From: Lingula anatina
Taxonomy: Eukaryota; Animalia; Brachiopoda
Assembly (NCBI GenBank): GCA_051362555.1
Contig: CM120644.1
Span: forward strand, 11,492,567 to 11,556,566
Length of the DNA stretch: 64,000 nucleotides
Reading direction: 5' to 3'
Under the pieces are notes generated by a model. That model was not told where the DNA came from. It searched no databases and worked only from the letters and a program-made list of their open reading frames with translations. The stretch's first letter is position 1, and the number at the start of each line of letters is the position of its first letter. The translations under genes and the position numbers were made by a program. Below are positions 1 to 12,767 of the stretch, one piece after another.

Positions 1-2790
1 AGTGAGGCCATCGGCGGTAGTGACAGCATCGGTAACACTGACAGTTGGTGCAACAGTGAGGCCATCGGCGGTAGTGACAGCATCGGTAACACTGACAGTT
101 GGTGCAACAGTGAGGCCATCGGCGGTAGTGACAGCATCGGTAACGCTGACAGTTGGTGCAACAGTGAGGCCATCGGCGGTAGTGACAGCATCGGTAACGC
201 TGACAGTTGGTGCAACAGTGAGGCCATCGGCGGTAGTGACAGCATCGGTAACACTGACAGTTGGTGCAACAGTGAGACCATCGGCAGTAGTGACAGCATC
301 AGTAACACTGACAGTTGGTGCAACAGTGAGGCCATCGGCGGTAGTGACTGCATCGGTAACACTGACAGTTGGTGCAACAGTGAGGCCATCGGCGGTAGTG
401 ACAGCATCAGTAACACTGACAGTTGGTGCAACAGTGAGGCCATCGGCAGTAGTGACAGCATCAGTAACACTGACAGTTGGTGCAACAGTAAGGCCATCGG
501 CAGTAGTGACAGCATCAGTAACATTGACAGTTGGTGCAACAGTGAGGCCATCGGCAGTAGTGACAGCATCAGTAACATTGACAGTTGGTGCAACAGTGAG
601 GCCATCGGCAGTAGTGACAGCATCAGTAACACTGACAGTTGGTGCAGCAGTGAGGCCATCGGCAGTAGTGACAGCATCAGTAACGCTGACAGTTGGTGCA
701 ACAGTGAGGCCATCGGCGGTAGTGACAGCATCAGTAACGCTGACAGTTGGTGCAACAGTAAGGCCATCGGCAGTAGTGACAGCATCAGTAACGCTGACAG
801 TTGGTGCAACAGTGAGGCCATCGGCGGTAGTGACAGCATCAGTAACATTAACAGTTGGTGCAACAGTGAGGCCATCAGCAGTAGTGACAGCATCGGTAAC
901 ACTGACAGTTGGTGCAACAGTGAGGCCATCGGCAGTAGTGACAGCATCGGTAACACTGACAGTTGGTGCAACAGTGAGGCCATCGGCAGTAGTGACAGCA
1001 TCAGTAACGCTGACCGTTGGTGCAACAGTGAGGCCATCAGCAGTAGTGACAGCATCAGTAACACTGACAGTTGGTGCAACAGTGAGGCCATCGGCAGTAG
1101 TGACAGCATCAGTAACACTGACAGTTGGTGCAACAGTGAGGCCATCGGCAGTAGTGACAGCATCGGTAACACTGACAGTTGGTGCAACAGTGAGGCCATC
1201 GGCAGTAGTGACAGCATCAGTAACATTGACAGTTGGTGCAACAGTGATGCCATCGGCGGTAGTGACAGCATCTGTAACATTAACAGTTGGTGCAACAGTG
1301 ATGCCATCGGCGGTAGTGACAGCATCGGTAACACTGACAGTTGGTGCAACAGTGATGCCATCGGCGGTAGTGACAGCATCGGTAACACTGACAGTTGGTG
1401 CAACAGTGAGGCCATCGGCAGTAGTGACAGCATCGGTAACACTGACAGTTGGTGCAACAGTGAGGCCATCGGCGGTAGTGACAGCATCGGTAACACTGAC
1501 AGTTGGTGCAACAGTGAGGCCATCGGCGGTAGTGAGCGCATCGGTAACACTGACAGTTGGTGCAACAGTGAGGCCATCGGCGGTAGTGACAGCATCGGTT
1601 ACACTGACAGTTGGTGCAACAGTGAGGCCATCGGCGGTAGTGACAGCATCGGTAACACTGACAGTTGGTGCAACAGTGAGGCCTTCGGCAGTAGTGACAG
1701 CATCAGTAACACTGACAGTTGGTGCAGCAGTGAGGCCATCGGCAGTAGTGACAGCATCAGTAACACTGACAGTTGGTGCAACAGTGAGGCCATCGGCAGT
1801 AGTGACAGCATCAGTAACACTGACAGTTGGTGCAGCAGTGAGGCCATCGGCAGTAGTGACAGCATCAGTAACACTGACAGTTGGTGCAACAGTGAGGCCA
1901 TCGGCAGTAGTGACAGCATCAGAAACACTGACAGTTGGTGCAACAGTGAGGCCATCGGCAGTAGTGACAGCATCAGTGACATTAACAGTTGGTGCAACAG
2001 TGAGGCCATCGGCAGTAGTGACAGCATCGGTAACGCTCACAGTTGGTGCAACAGTGAGGCCATCGGCGTTAGTGACAGCATCGGTAACACTGACAGTTGG
2101 TGTAACAGTGAGGCCATCGGCGGTAGTGACAGCATCAGTAACACTAACAGTTGGTGCAACAGTGAGGCCATCGGCAGTAGTGACAGCATCAGTAACACTG
2201 ACAGTTGGTGCAACAGTGAGGCCATCGGCTGTAGTGACTGCATCGGTAACATTAACAGTTGGTGCCACAGTGAGGCCATCGGCGGTAGTGACAGCATCAG
2301 TAACACTGACAGTTGGTGCAACAGTGAGGCCATCGGCAGTAGTGACAGCATCAGTAACACTGACAGTTGGTGCAACAGTGAGGCCATCGGCAGTAGTGAC
2401 AGCATCAGTAACACTGACAGTTGGTGCAACAGTGAGGCCATCGGCAGTAGTGACAGCATCAGTAACACTGACAGTTGGTGCAGCAGTGAGGCCATCGGCA
2501 GTAGTGACAGCATCAGTAACATTAACAGTTGGTGCAACAGTGAGGCCATCGGCAGTAGTGACAGCATCGGTAACGCTCACAGTTGGTGCAACAGTGAGGC
2601 CATCGGCAGTAGTGACAGCATCGGTAACGCTCACAGTTGGTGCAACAGTGAGGCCATCGGCAGTAGTGACAGCATCGGTAACGCTCACAGTTGGTGCAAC
2701 AGTGACGCCATCGGCAGTAGTGACAGCGTCAGTAACACTGACAGTTGGTGCAACAGTGACGCCATCGGCAGTAGTGACAGCGTCAGTAAC
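1..2790 (-). repeat. Coding minisatellite, 54-bp unit, about 51-52 copies in the window, encoding VAPTVSVTDAVTTADGLT on the minus strand
   Basis: Plus-strand unit agtgaggccatcggcggtagtgacagcatcggtaacactgacagttggtgcaac repeats without visible indels. It is in frame with the exon starting at 3101 and continues past position 1. Confidence 0.97.
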
Positions 2791-4066
2791 ACCTGTTGTG
2801 ACTCCCTCCGTAACACTGGCAGTTGGCGTAATAGGTGTGATGACTTCAGTCGTTGGTACAGTTTCTGTCGTGCTCTGTCGTGGTGGCAGCGGTGGTGCAC
2901 CGGGACAGTCAAACTTGTCATCAATACACGGCTGAGAGAAGCCATAAGTGAAAACCTCCGGCACAGACTTGTACACTGGGCATGAGAACCTCATAATGAC
3001 AAAGATGGTATTTGGTCCGATGTCGTACCCTATACATTGGTAGTAGTTACAGGGACTAGCTCTGTCGGCAACGTAGGCATTTTTACCCGCTCCTTCACAA
3101 TCTGAAATGGAAGAAGAACTGACTTCGAAGCTATTTGTTGTTGTATAGAGAAACCTAGAACCTTTGCCGATTGTAAATCATTACATATACTACGGAGTAA
3201 AGTTCTGTAGCCAAATTGCCACCAGACACATTACTATTTTATTGATAATGGAAACGTCTTCATACCAATGTTACACCATTGATTATACCATATACGATCG
3301 TCTAATTTCAAAAACGTTTGCATCTACATATTCTTTTTACTTTCATTAACGGTACACGTGCGATGCACAACCAATGGTTAAGAAAGTTATCATCTAAAAT
3401 TCAGCAGCATCCCACATTGATTTCTTATCCTTAATGCAAATACCAGTCACATTTTTTGATAAAAAAAAACTCTACGGTTATGATACTCAAAACGAGTAGA
3501 AGTGATATCATCCAAATATACCTAAAGTGTATGGTCTTCCACCAGCAATGCTGATATCCGATGGCAGCGGTGTCCTTGCAGCCGTTGGTGTTGTCGTTTG
3601 CGTTGGCGTTGTTGTGGTTGGCGTTGTTGTCGTTGTGGTTGATGTTGTGGTTGTTGTGGTTGGTGTTGTGGTTGTTGTGGTTGGCGTTGTTGTGGTGGTT
3701 GGCGTTGTTGTCGTTGTCGTTTCCGGAGTAGAAGTTGGTGTTATGTCACAGGTGTCATCCGATACGTCTTCTCTACACGGGTTCCCGGGGCCATAATTAA
3801 AATTCATAGAGATGCCTTTACCGGGAGGACATTTTTTCCTTGGTAGTACAAATCCCATATTTCCTGTAAATCGACTCTTGAATACCTTGCACTGGTAGAA
3901 ATAGCAAGCAGATTCCATGTCTCGCACAAAGTTACCAATACCAACAGCAGCACAGTCTGTAATAGAACGATAGAGCGATATTTTATACTGAAGTGAAACT
4001 GAAACTTTGTTACGAAGATTTAAAAAAAATATCCTCAAATTTTAAAGCCTGTCTTGTAAATTAAAA

Positions 4067-4145
<79 letters not shown>

Positions 4146-7100
4146 GCAATTTGAGTTATTATTATTGCACTTTCACTATATCTCTATCATTCAAATGATC
4201 TATCGGAAATTCCAAATGCATTCAATGCATTCATCTAAACAAATATCTGTAATATTGATAAAATCTGTGTGTTTGTCTGCATACATACCTATAGTGTACG
4301 GCAGTCCACCAGCAATCACAATATCATTACGTTTAGGCATTACTCCTGGTGTCGGGGCAATTGAGGGAGTGACCACAATAATTGTTGTAGAAGGGTCTTC
4401 CATCGGCAAAATGGTAGTTTGAACAACATCTGGAGCACTGGTTACGGCTCGTCCTGGTCTACTGGCGCCGGTAGAGGGCAGGCTCGGTTGATCAAAGAGA
4501 GGGGTCTCGTCTGACAGTAAATCAGCTCCGTATCTTTCAGTCGTACTGTCACTTGTAGTGATTTTCTGCTGTGCTTCAGGCGGGGCCAGACTCGGTGTGA
4601 ATATGGTGCCACTCTCAATGGTCTGAACGACTTCTGTAGTTGTGGGCTTAGTAGTTGTGGTTGTGGGAGTGGTTGTAGTAGTTGTGGTAGTGGTCGTAGT
4701 GGTCGTAGTCGTCGTGGGAGTGGTTGTAGTCGTTGTCGGGAACGTGGTTGGACCAGCGCATAGAGGACTGGTCGTTCTACACGGCGTAAACATCCCATAG
4801 GTATACGACAGTGGTACGGCCAGGCGGTTTCTGCACCGTCTTCTTAACAAATATGGCCCTGGGACGCCGGTGGCCTCATTCCGGAGGAGGAGACATTGGT
4901 AGTAGGTGCATGGGGAGGCCCTATCACGAATAAACCCGCCTATACCTACTATTCCACAGTCTGGAAAGGATAAAAAGCCATACTTCAGGAAATGCTCTTT
5001 AATACAAAGTTACCATCTACTCACGAAGGGTAGAAGCAAAGCGATTTGCATGCAGTTTGATCTAAACAGTAAAGTGGTAACTGTCTCCCATCCTCTACTT
5101 TATACGTGGATTAAGTGTAACTCTTCATTGAAACTAAATTGGCTCTCTCTCTTCCCATATAAAAGGAGAAAAAAGAAGAAAACCTGTTGTGTGATTTTTG
5201 CTGCGCTATTACTAGCACTTTCTTTTATTCCCTAAGCACCGCCTTTAAACCTTACCCATAGTAAAGGGTACACCTCCACCCACTGGCCTCGTGTTGACAT
5301 TCTTCTGACAGTCACTTGATGCCACAGTGCATGGGTTGAACAGACCATATCTGAAATACGTAAAATACCTTTTAATTTAAAAGTGGATGGAGTCTGGCTG
5401 CAGTACAGAGACATAGGTCCCTGGTTTCACGCATCTTAAATTTTGCCGCATTCTAAAACTCGCCTGGCCTCTCTTAAGATATCATATTTCTGGACCTGTT
5501 GACACACAACGTGTCTACCAACATGTGCTGTATGACGTGTCGAGTAGGCCTATTTGTTGGTATTGGCCAATAAAAATACGCGTAACAAAATAGACAAATA
5601 TTGTGTTTTGAGATGCTCATTGCACACCTAGCACAATAGTGCGTTGCCAGACTTCAGCGCGACCCACAGGGGTACATTTCTCAAACGGAATTATAATGAG
5701 TTGATGAGCCCTGACATTTTATCCATTCTCGTAGAAGCACAAGTAAAATGATATGTACACGGTAAACTGTATATCGTGGCTTTCTTCGCCCCAAATATAA
5801 CCATAAAATGTGGCCCAAGTGCTGAATCACTATAGGCCCAGATTTAAGCGTCTATTTAAGTGGCCCTCCGAGGTATTCTAATAATAAATCGCACTCGTTG
5901 CTGTGTAATTAAGCGCGGACTCGGCATAATATTTCATGATAAACTGATCGAGTATTTTTATCTAATACCAAGACATTATATTTATTTATTTATTTATTTC
6001 TTGCTTAAGCAAACGACGCAATATAAGCCACCATACCCCTTCTTTTGTGAGTGTGTATGTGTGTGTGTGAATCAGTCTGGTAATCTTCTTCGAACTACGA
6101 TTCGTTTTTATAAACTAGATATCCCATGATAGCACAAATGATCATGGCTTCAATACTGCTGAAAGGCTGGACACCTACCAGATGGCGCTAGAGGTCAGTG
6201 CTCTAAATCTGTCTGCTTTGTGAAATAGTTGCGGTTACAGTTATTTTTGTTTGATTAATAATTCGACGTGTTCAGTAAAAGACCGTATTTGAAGTGAATG
6301 GTGTTTCTACATGTATAAAGAAAGAAAGGTTTTGTGCATGAGGGGGTGTATCATTCAGCTTAGTCATCTAGATCACATGCCCACACAGTGATCGTCTGCA
6401 GTGACGTGGGTGAGGGAGTGGAGGGCGTTGGCGGGTGGTTCTCCTGCGAAAATTTGTCTCATTTAATGTTCACTTACGGTTCTCAGTGCTAATGTTGTTC
6501 TGCAATGAACGTAACAGTTTGAGAACTGTTTTTGGAGAGTCCTTCAGAATGTCCTGGAACAGATTAAGAACAATTATATAAAACAAAATGTTCTAGGATA
6601 GATTGAGAACCGTAAGTGAGCGTTAAATGGGGCAAATGTTCGCAGGGACCTCGCCTTGAAAAACTAGATACATTTGTTATGATCAGATTAGATCTGGAAC
6701 AGGGTTTCAAACTGGGGTGGCTCTAACTGGGAGTGGCATTTACCACGGACTTAAGGATGCTCGTCTGAAAGTGCGTTTCCATAATAAGTCAGCATTGAAT
6801 TGATTAACCTTTTAGTAAAAGTGAAATAAGCTACATTGTATCCAACTTTCACAATGTGTCGGATGTAAGACATTTTTTGTCAAAACTTTTATACAACATG
6901 AAATGCATTTTCATTTTCAGATTGTTGAATTGTGTAATTGAAATGGCACTTTTTCTGATTTCGTATCACCGATACCTTGATATGACTTTTTAGCAATGAT
7001 ATAATGGTGCCTTTTGTAATTTAAATTGAATTCTTCAAAGGGGGTACACGTTAAGACGTTATGTAAGGTAAATCCATCTTATTTCCTGATCACAGACGAT

Positions 7101-10100
7101 TTTATTGAAATATCGTGAGGCAGGCGATAATGCACCAAGGCACATATTAGTCATTAATGTTTGCAATGAAAATCGCGAGTTTAACAGATGTATTTTCTTC
7201 AACAATTTGTTCAACCTTTGATCAAAAACTTAATTATGTCATTTGATATGCAATGACTGTCACATAGCCACAGAGGAACAAATTTATGTGTGTTCAAGAA
7301 ATGAGAGACATGTGCCCCTTATTGCACCTCACGTCGGACACGGCCCGTCTTGGGGACCATTCCCACAGGTATTTGAATCGATTTAGTAAAGCTGTTAGGG
7401 GGTAATTATCTTTACCCCCTAGCTGATCCGGTAGGCGTGACAGACATTTAAGCCGGTTAAGTTGATAGCAATTTAGTGAGACTCCCCAGGGAGATAGACC
7501 AATCCAGATGGATTGATCTAGGCATCGGAACCCAGTCTTGGTAGCGATGATCTTATTAAAGGTACGCCAAGGAAGTTTTTGGTGCCAAGATTCTTATTTA
7601 TCCCAGGGATAAAAAAGGAATTCATTTTATTGGAGTAAACGGCATTTTTCCTGGATTTACCAGCCTCAGTAATACACACTAACATACGGGCACAATGGGG
7701 GGGGGGGGGGGGGGGGTCCTGGAGCCAAAAGTTTATATTCATGATATTCATTCTCAAATATCTCACATATATCGGTGTTTGGGAGTCAATTCCAAAAATT
7801 GCACGTACGATTATAACTAAACAATTCTCTTCTAGTTCACTCCAACCGAAGTTCTCATTTTATGTGCTCATTCTGTCGAATTCTTGATATTTGAAATGTC
7901 ACCAATGCACAAGGAAAAAAGTAGCCGTGGAGCAGACAAAAATGGCATTCTCTCACGCACTAGTCAAGCAAGACATTCTTGTTTTAATTCCTCGAGTCAC
8001 GCCGATGAGGAAGGGCAGGCGAGAACAGACGTCGATGGTGGGATGTCTGCAGATTTCTCTCTCTCTCTCTCTTTCTCTCTCATATTATCAACACATCTTT
8101 TATGAAATCGTTTTCAAGTTTGTCTGTATGCATATCTGATATTTCGTATGTCAGATTTTCTTTTACACATAGGTTTTTTATTCTCAGTGTCACATATTGT
8201 ACTATTTTGTGCACAAGGGGACAATGTAGGCATTATGAAATTGTGTATGTCCTCGTATTTCATCAAATAACATATAATCTGATGGAACTTCACCTGAAAA
8301 GCAGTGTAAAGTTATTATAAAGTTGAAATTTTCTGATCTGTACATTTTTTTCTGAAAGCTACCCAAATAACACGTATAACTTCTCAAGAACAATGCATTC
8401 GAAATAGCCGACATTATTTAAAAACAACCCTTAATCCAAAGCGGCCATGCACAAACGCACGTGCACACGCACACACACACACACACACATCTCTCCAAAG
8501 GAACAGTTTCAATGTTTCAGTCTTTATATATCCAACATAATTCCTTTAGTACAGTATTAATAGCTGTTCCAAAAGCAAAGTCTGCTTCCCATTTTGAAAA
8601 ACAAATCTTGTCTTAAACCGCATTATTTCAGATTTGATGTTATCTCAAAGGAAGATCTGACCAGTCACACAAAGACAGTCCTTATCAGTCAGTCTCATAA
8701 GAAATTAATCAGACCTGAAAAAAAAATAAAAGTAGTGACCGCACCAAATAATGGTATGATTCACGATATTTGCACCGGCCACTTGTGAAATGTGTCGTGT
8801 GCTTGTTTTGTAGGAATTACAACGCTCAGTAGTCACCGGGCGCTTGAGTGGCGCGTGTGCTTATTTCAAAACGCCGGGAGTTCTTCCGTCAGAAAGAAAG
8901 GATAGTCAAGTTATATAAATAAAATGCATGCCATCAATCAACAAGTGCTCTCTGTTTTCGTGTCTGCAATGATCCATTGACTTGTTGACTACGTAATCAT
9001 GATTTGCTCTAAGAGCGGTAAACGTCACGTTAAAAAAAGAAAAAAAACTTTTTCTTGGATGTATGGTCGGGAGATGGATAAACGGGAGATGAAGAATCTT
9101 TAGTAACAGTTCAAAAGTGTCAACAATGAGTTCGGGCTCCTCCAAATAAATGTAAGAAATATTGTGAAAGGGAGCGTTGAACTGGCCACTGCTTCCCAGC
9201 ACCTGTTTGTGAAGTGTGGGTGATGATGAATGGAGCTATGACGACCAAATACAACTGCGCCACGACCATCGACTGGTTGACGTTATATCATCAGGTTCTC
9301 AAAGATCCAGGGTTAAAACCAAAAGCAATTTAAAATTTTGATAAATTTGACAAAATTGTAAAATTTACACATAATTTTAAAGGCACATTCATAATAGACA
9401 TATAGCGCTTGTCTGATCTTACTGATACAGGAATATCCACTAGACATATTGCTATCGAGATGTAAATTTCCGTGGGAATTATATCAATATTATCTTGTTC
9501 TATTTGTCCGCCGATTTCTTACCAAAACTAAGCATTAAATTAATGTGGTTTATCTAAATGACGAGTTCCATATATTTTCAGCAATAACGTGAGGCGATGT
9601 ATTAAATCAATATTTTCCTCGTTTTATTATTTTATTTTCGATTTCCACACCTGGTTACGAAGGTACTGTATATAGCTCTGAAATCCTTATCTTTTAAAAA
9701 AATTAAAAATCGAGTTTTTCTGTTTTATCAGCACTGGTGATCGTTTACTATCAGATGACCCTTGCATTTACATGGTCAGGTTCAGGGGTTATGCACGGAC
9801 GTCTATAGAAAGCAATTTGCATATAATATACCGATTATTACCCCCCTTTACAAAAGGGATATACTTAATACGGTTCTAACTTCACATTTTACTTGTCTAA
9901 TTACATGTTAAGATTAGATTTTAAAGATGTCTAAATTTAGATGAAAACGGGGCATTGCTGTCCCTTCCCCATCACCTCCTCCTTCTCTGTTCTTCCCACA
10001 GCACTATAACATTTGCAAAATATGGTGTAATTTGGAGTATTTATTACTTTCTCGGGTTTCAGATCGCCGTTTTCTGAATATCCGCCATTTATTTTGTTTC

Positions 10101-11908
10101 TTAAAATTGGCTGCCATTTTGATTTGAAAAGGTGGGGCTGGGCATGGGAGGGAGGGTTTGAGGGCTCCGTATCCCCAGCCTTTGCCTCCGCATTAGTGCT
10201 GCACGGTCTCAGTTAGTGCAAAAGACAATGCATAAATTATGTTTTATCCCAATTCATTATTTAGACGGTAGGGAATGTACATTCGTGAATATAATATGAT
10301 AGATGCACATTTTTGTGAGACCACATCAAGGCTGTTTTAACGACAACAATTACATCATGACAAAATTTATGCCACGTAAACAAAAAACAGTGTATCATAA
10401 AATTTAGCGGTTTGGTGGAGACAAGGACAATTTCAGATTCAGCTCTATTTTTTTCCTTTTCTGGTTATCAGTCCAGTATAATTGTAGGTCTTTTTTGCGA
10501 TTAATTTTATATACCTTTATACATCAGGAATAAAATACCATCACATTGTATTTGTTTTAAATCTATGATTGCAAGCTCCAAAAACAAGGATTGTCTAGAA
10601 AAGAAATATCCGTTCTTTTGTTCTGAATTAATCGTATCTGACAACGGCATTAAAATGATTCAAATGTGGTTATTCGTGTTACTTAACTACAACCTACATA
10701 AAAGGAACTGGTTGAGAACGTACTTACTGTTCTCTCTGTCACTTTCATTAGTTGTCAAGTACACCGCTAACAAATGGTTCAATGAGTTACAAGTCTCTGC
10801 TTTTACGATATCATAACCGAAATAAAAGCCGCTTGTCTGATGCCACAGTTCTTGTGACCATTCTTCATCTTGAAAAAAATGTTACTATGGATTTTGAGGT
10901 CATCGTATTTGCGTAGGCGACTAAAGACGTCTTTGACGTCTCTGGCCATCGTAAAGAAATGCGCATGCTTACAAAAGTTTCTCTCCACTGTTATTGTCTA
11001 GAATAAAATAGACGTTGAGTTCCAGCCGTCATCGAAGAAGCTGGCATTTGCAACAAATGCGAGCTTTTTTCTGACATTTATTTAATTTTTTGACATCATT
11101 TCGTTTTCTTCACAAGTTTTGCACAACGCAACAAACACAGAAACAAAATGTGTTTCGTGCATATTATCAGAACAGAATATTAGCATGAAAAGTGGAATAT
11201 TAATAAAATAAACTCGCTTCAACTAAGCTCGCAATTTTAATAAACAACAATATAAACACTTGTACGAAGAATGCAAATGAACCAATTTAAACTCTTGATC
11301 AAATACAGGTCCAACGGTTGGCACAGGTTCACATTAACTAAGCCAAACGCAAAAATAAAGGTTGTATTCACTAGATATTTTCTGGCTAATGCTGGTTGCA
11401 TTATTGTGAGAATTTCTTGCACATAATTTTGAATGACGCCATCACCCAGCAATCACCCGTCAGAGACTATGGCCGCATTCACATCGAGTTGAGCCATGGC
11501 TCTACAAAGCCACGACCTAAATATGGCGGACGTACATGAAAGGAAAATCGACTAATCTTTTAATAGTCTTCCCCGCCCCTGTGAATGCGGACTATAGGTG
11601 TTCCCGACCACGTTAGGTGTTGGGGCCGCGGCACTGCGCAGCTACATCTATCGAACAAATTGGGGGAGCGGTAAGGTTGGGTAAAGGACCACATTTTGTG
11701 TTTATTCAATTCAGTTCAGTTTATTGTAGCTAGGCACAACGGTGCCATTGCCTTGTAACGATAAGGAACACTTACGTGTAGCTTGGCTCTAGCATGGATC
11801 CCGTGGGACAGTCTCTCTTGAGCGGCGTGCCAAACAGACATTGGTAATATACGCATGGCGAGTCTGTGTCTCTTATGAATGAAAATGGGAAATCGGTCTG
11901 ATCACAGC
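1..11908 (-). CDS. Multi-exon mucin/peritrophin-like protein: four 6-Cys chitin-binding type 2 (CBM14)-like modules, Thr/Pro linkers and a long 18-aa tandem repeat. Partial: 5' exon(s) not found and 3' end runs off the window.
   Basis: Phase-consistent GT-AG exons on minus: 11908-11776 (xCDQTDFPFSFIRDTDSPCVYYQCLFGTPLKRDCPTGSMLEPSYT), 5350-5256 (YGLFNPCTVASSDCQKNVNTRPVGGGVPFTM), 4960-4289 (DCGIVGIGGFIRDRASPCTYYQC...RRCRNRLAVPLSYTYGMFTPCRTTSPLC, then T/P-rich, ending IAGGLPYTI), 3956-3522 (DCAAVGIGNFVRDMESACYFYQC...KKCPPG...GPGNPCREDVSDDTC, then T/P-rich, ending IAGGRPYTL), 3101-<1 (DCEGAGKNAYVADRASPCNYYQC...RFSCP...YGFSQPCIDDKFDC, then the repeat). The domain family is inferred from Cys spacing and aromatic residues, not from an HMM search. 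Confidence 0.85.
4063..4142. repeat. poly-A plus (TA)n microsatellite in an intron
   Basis: Read directly from the sequence. Confidence 0.95.
6442..6648. mobile_element. MITE with about 45-bp imperfect terminal inverted repeats
   Basis: Left end tcctgcgaaaatttgtctcatttaatgttcacttacggttctca versus right end tgagaaccgtaagtgagcgttaaatggggcaaatgttcgcaggga. Confidence 0.75.
7352..7537. mobile_element. Degraded copy of a dispersed MITE family; other copies at 13980-14066, 40720-41010 and 43859-44035
   Basis: Shared motifs gctgttagggggtaatta, atttagtgagactcccc and gatctaggcat.ggaa with the other copies. Confidence 0.65.
11471..11592. mobile_element. Short relative or deletion derivative of the 37521-38066 MITE family
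   Basis: Ends GGCCGCATTCAC...GTGAATGCGGAC, flanked by TAT on both sides. The internal acctaaatatggcggacgtacatgaaagg...taatcttttaatagtct matches 37565-37620. Confidence 0.7.
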
Positions 11909-12728
11909 CTGTAAAGAAAAGCGTAGAATATTGGTTTCATATACCATATAAGAGTCAGTTTCGTTGCATCAACGGCTTGCACGAAACATAGAGGGCGGAG
12001 AGGAGATATGGCTGGTGCACCTACATGAAGGAAGAGAAGTATAAAAATCGAGCATTCCTCATCTATAGCCCAAGTCACGGACTAAATCCGCTGCTGTAGT
12101 TATAGAGCCATTGCTGCAATGTGAAACTTATTTCAGATACTCCATGACGCTGTTTTTATGAGACGAACATGAACCAGAGCAATCAGAACACTGAGATACA
12201 TATCGCTTTAGATTCTGGGAGCAACTGTCTCTGTGCTATTCTATCAGAAGTTATTATTGTTATTGGCAACTGGTAAACATGATTTGAATGTATTTCCTCC
12301 ATGGCGTTAAACACTTTGCTTCCTTTTGCTTGTGTGTCGGTTCGTCACAATGGCAAGCTACAATTTATATCAGAATTAAAAAATATTATACTGGTTCCTG
12401 CTAACAAGCACATAGAGTGAAAAAAAGAGTTGCAAGAACAACTTATTTGAATTGCAAGTTTTACTATGTCTGTTCTTTGGTAATATAGGTTCCTAGGACA
12501 AATATCATACCTCTTTTATTTCAGAAATGACAAACGAGGGAGAAGCACCTCCAGCGTGGTTAAAATATAAATACACTGTTTTTCGAACGAAAAGTACGTC
12601 AATATATCATGGTCAGTTGAGGACAGAGAGGGCTATACAGGAAAAGCTCCGACTTAGTTAAAATATGAGGTTTTTAAAGTTGAATGTGCGTGACGTGAAC
12701 AGTGACCAACGCCCAGTCTCCGGTTTCA

Positions 12729-12767
<39 letters not shown>

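Noticed and set aside
1-2790. CRISPR-like regular array
   Set aside because: Contiguous tandem units with no unique spacers, no cas genes and a eukaryotic context.
2-2935. 977-aa plus-strand ORF (VRPSAVVTASVTLTVGAT)n
   Set aside because: Antisense shadow sharing third codon positions with the minus frame. Only the minus frame connects by splice sites to the Cys modules and shows conservative substitutions.
1599-2945. Minus-strand ORFs of the MLSLLPMASLLHQLSV type
   Set aside because: Alternative frame of the same repeat, repeatedly interrupted by stops.
3527-3796. Poly-Val plus-strand ORF
   Set aside because: Antisense of the Thr/Pro linker.
10803-10988. Short minus ORF, possible transposon fragment
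   Set aside because: No recognisable motif or convincing splice context.
11945-12020. Possible extra exon upstream of 11908 (good acceptor at 12021)
   Set aside because: It would need a 36-nt intron, and the phase-compatible frame contains a stop.
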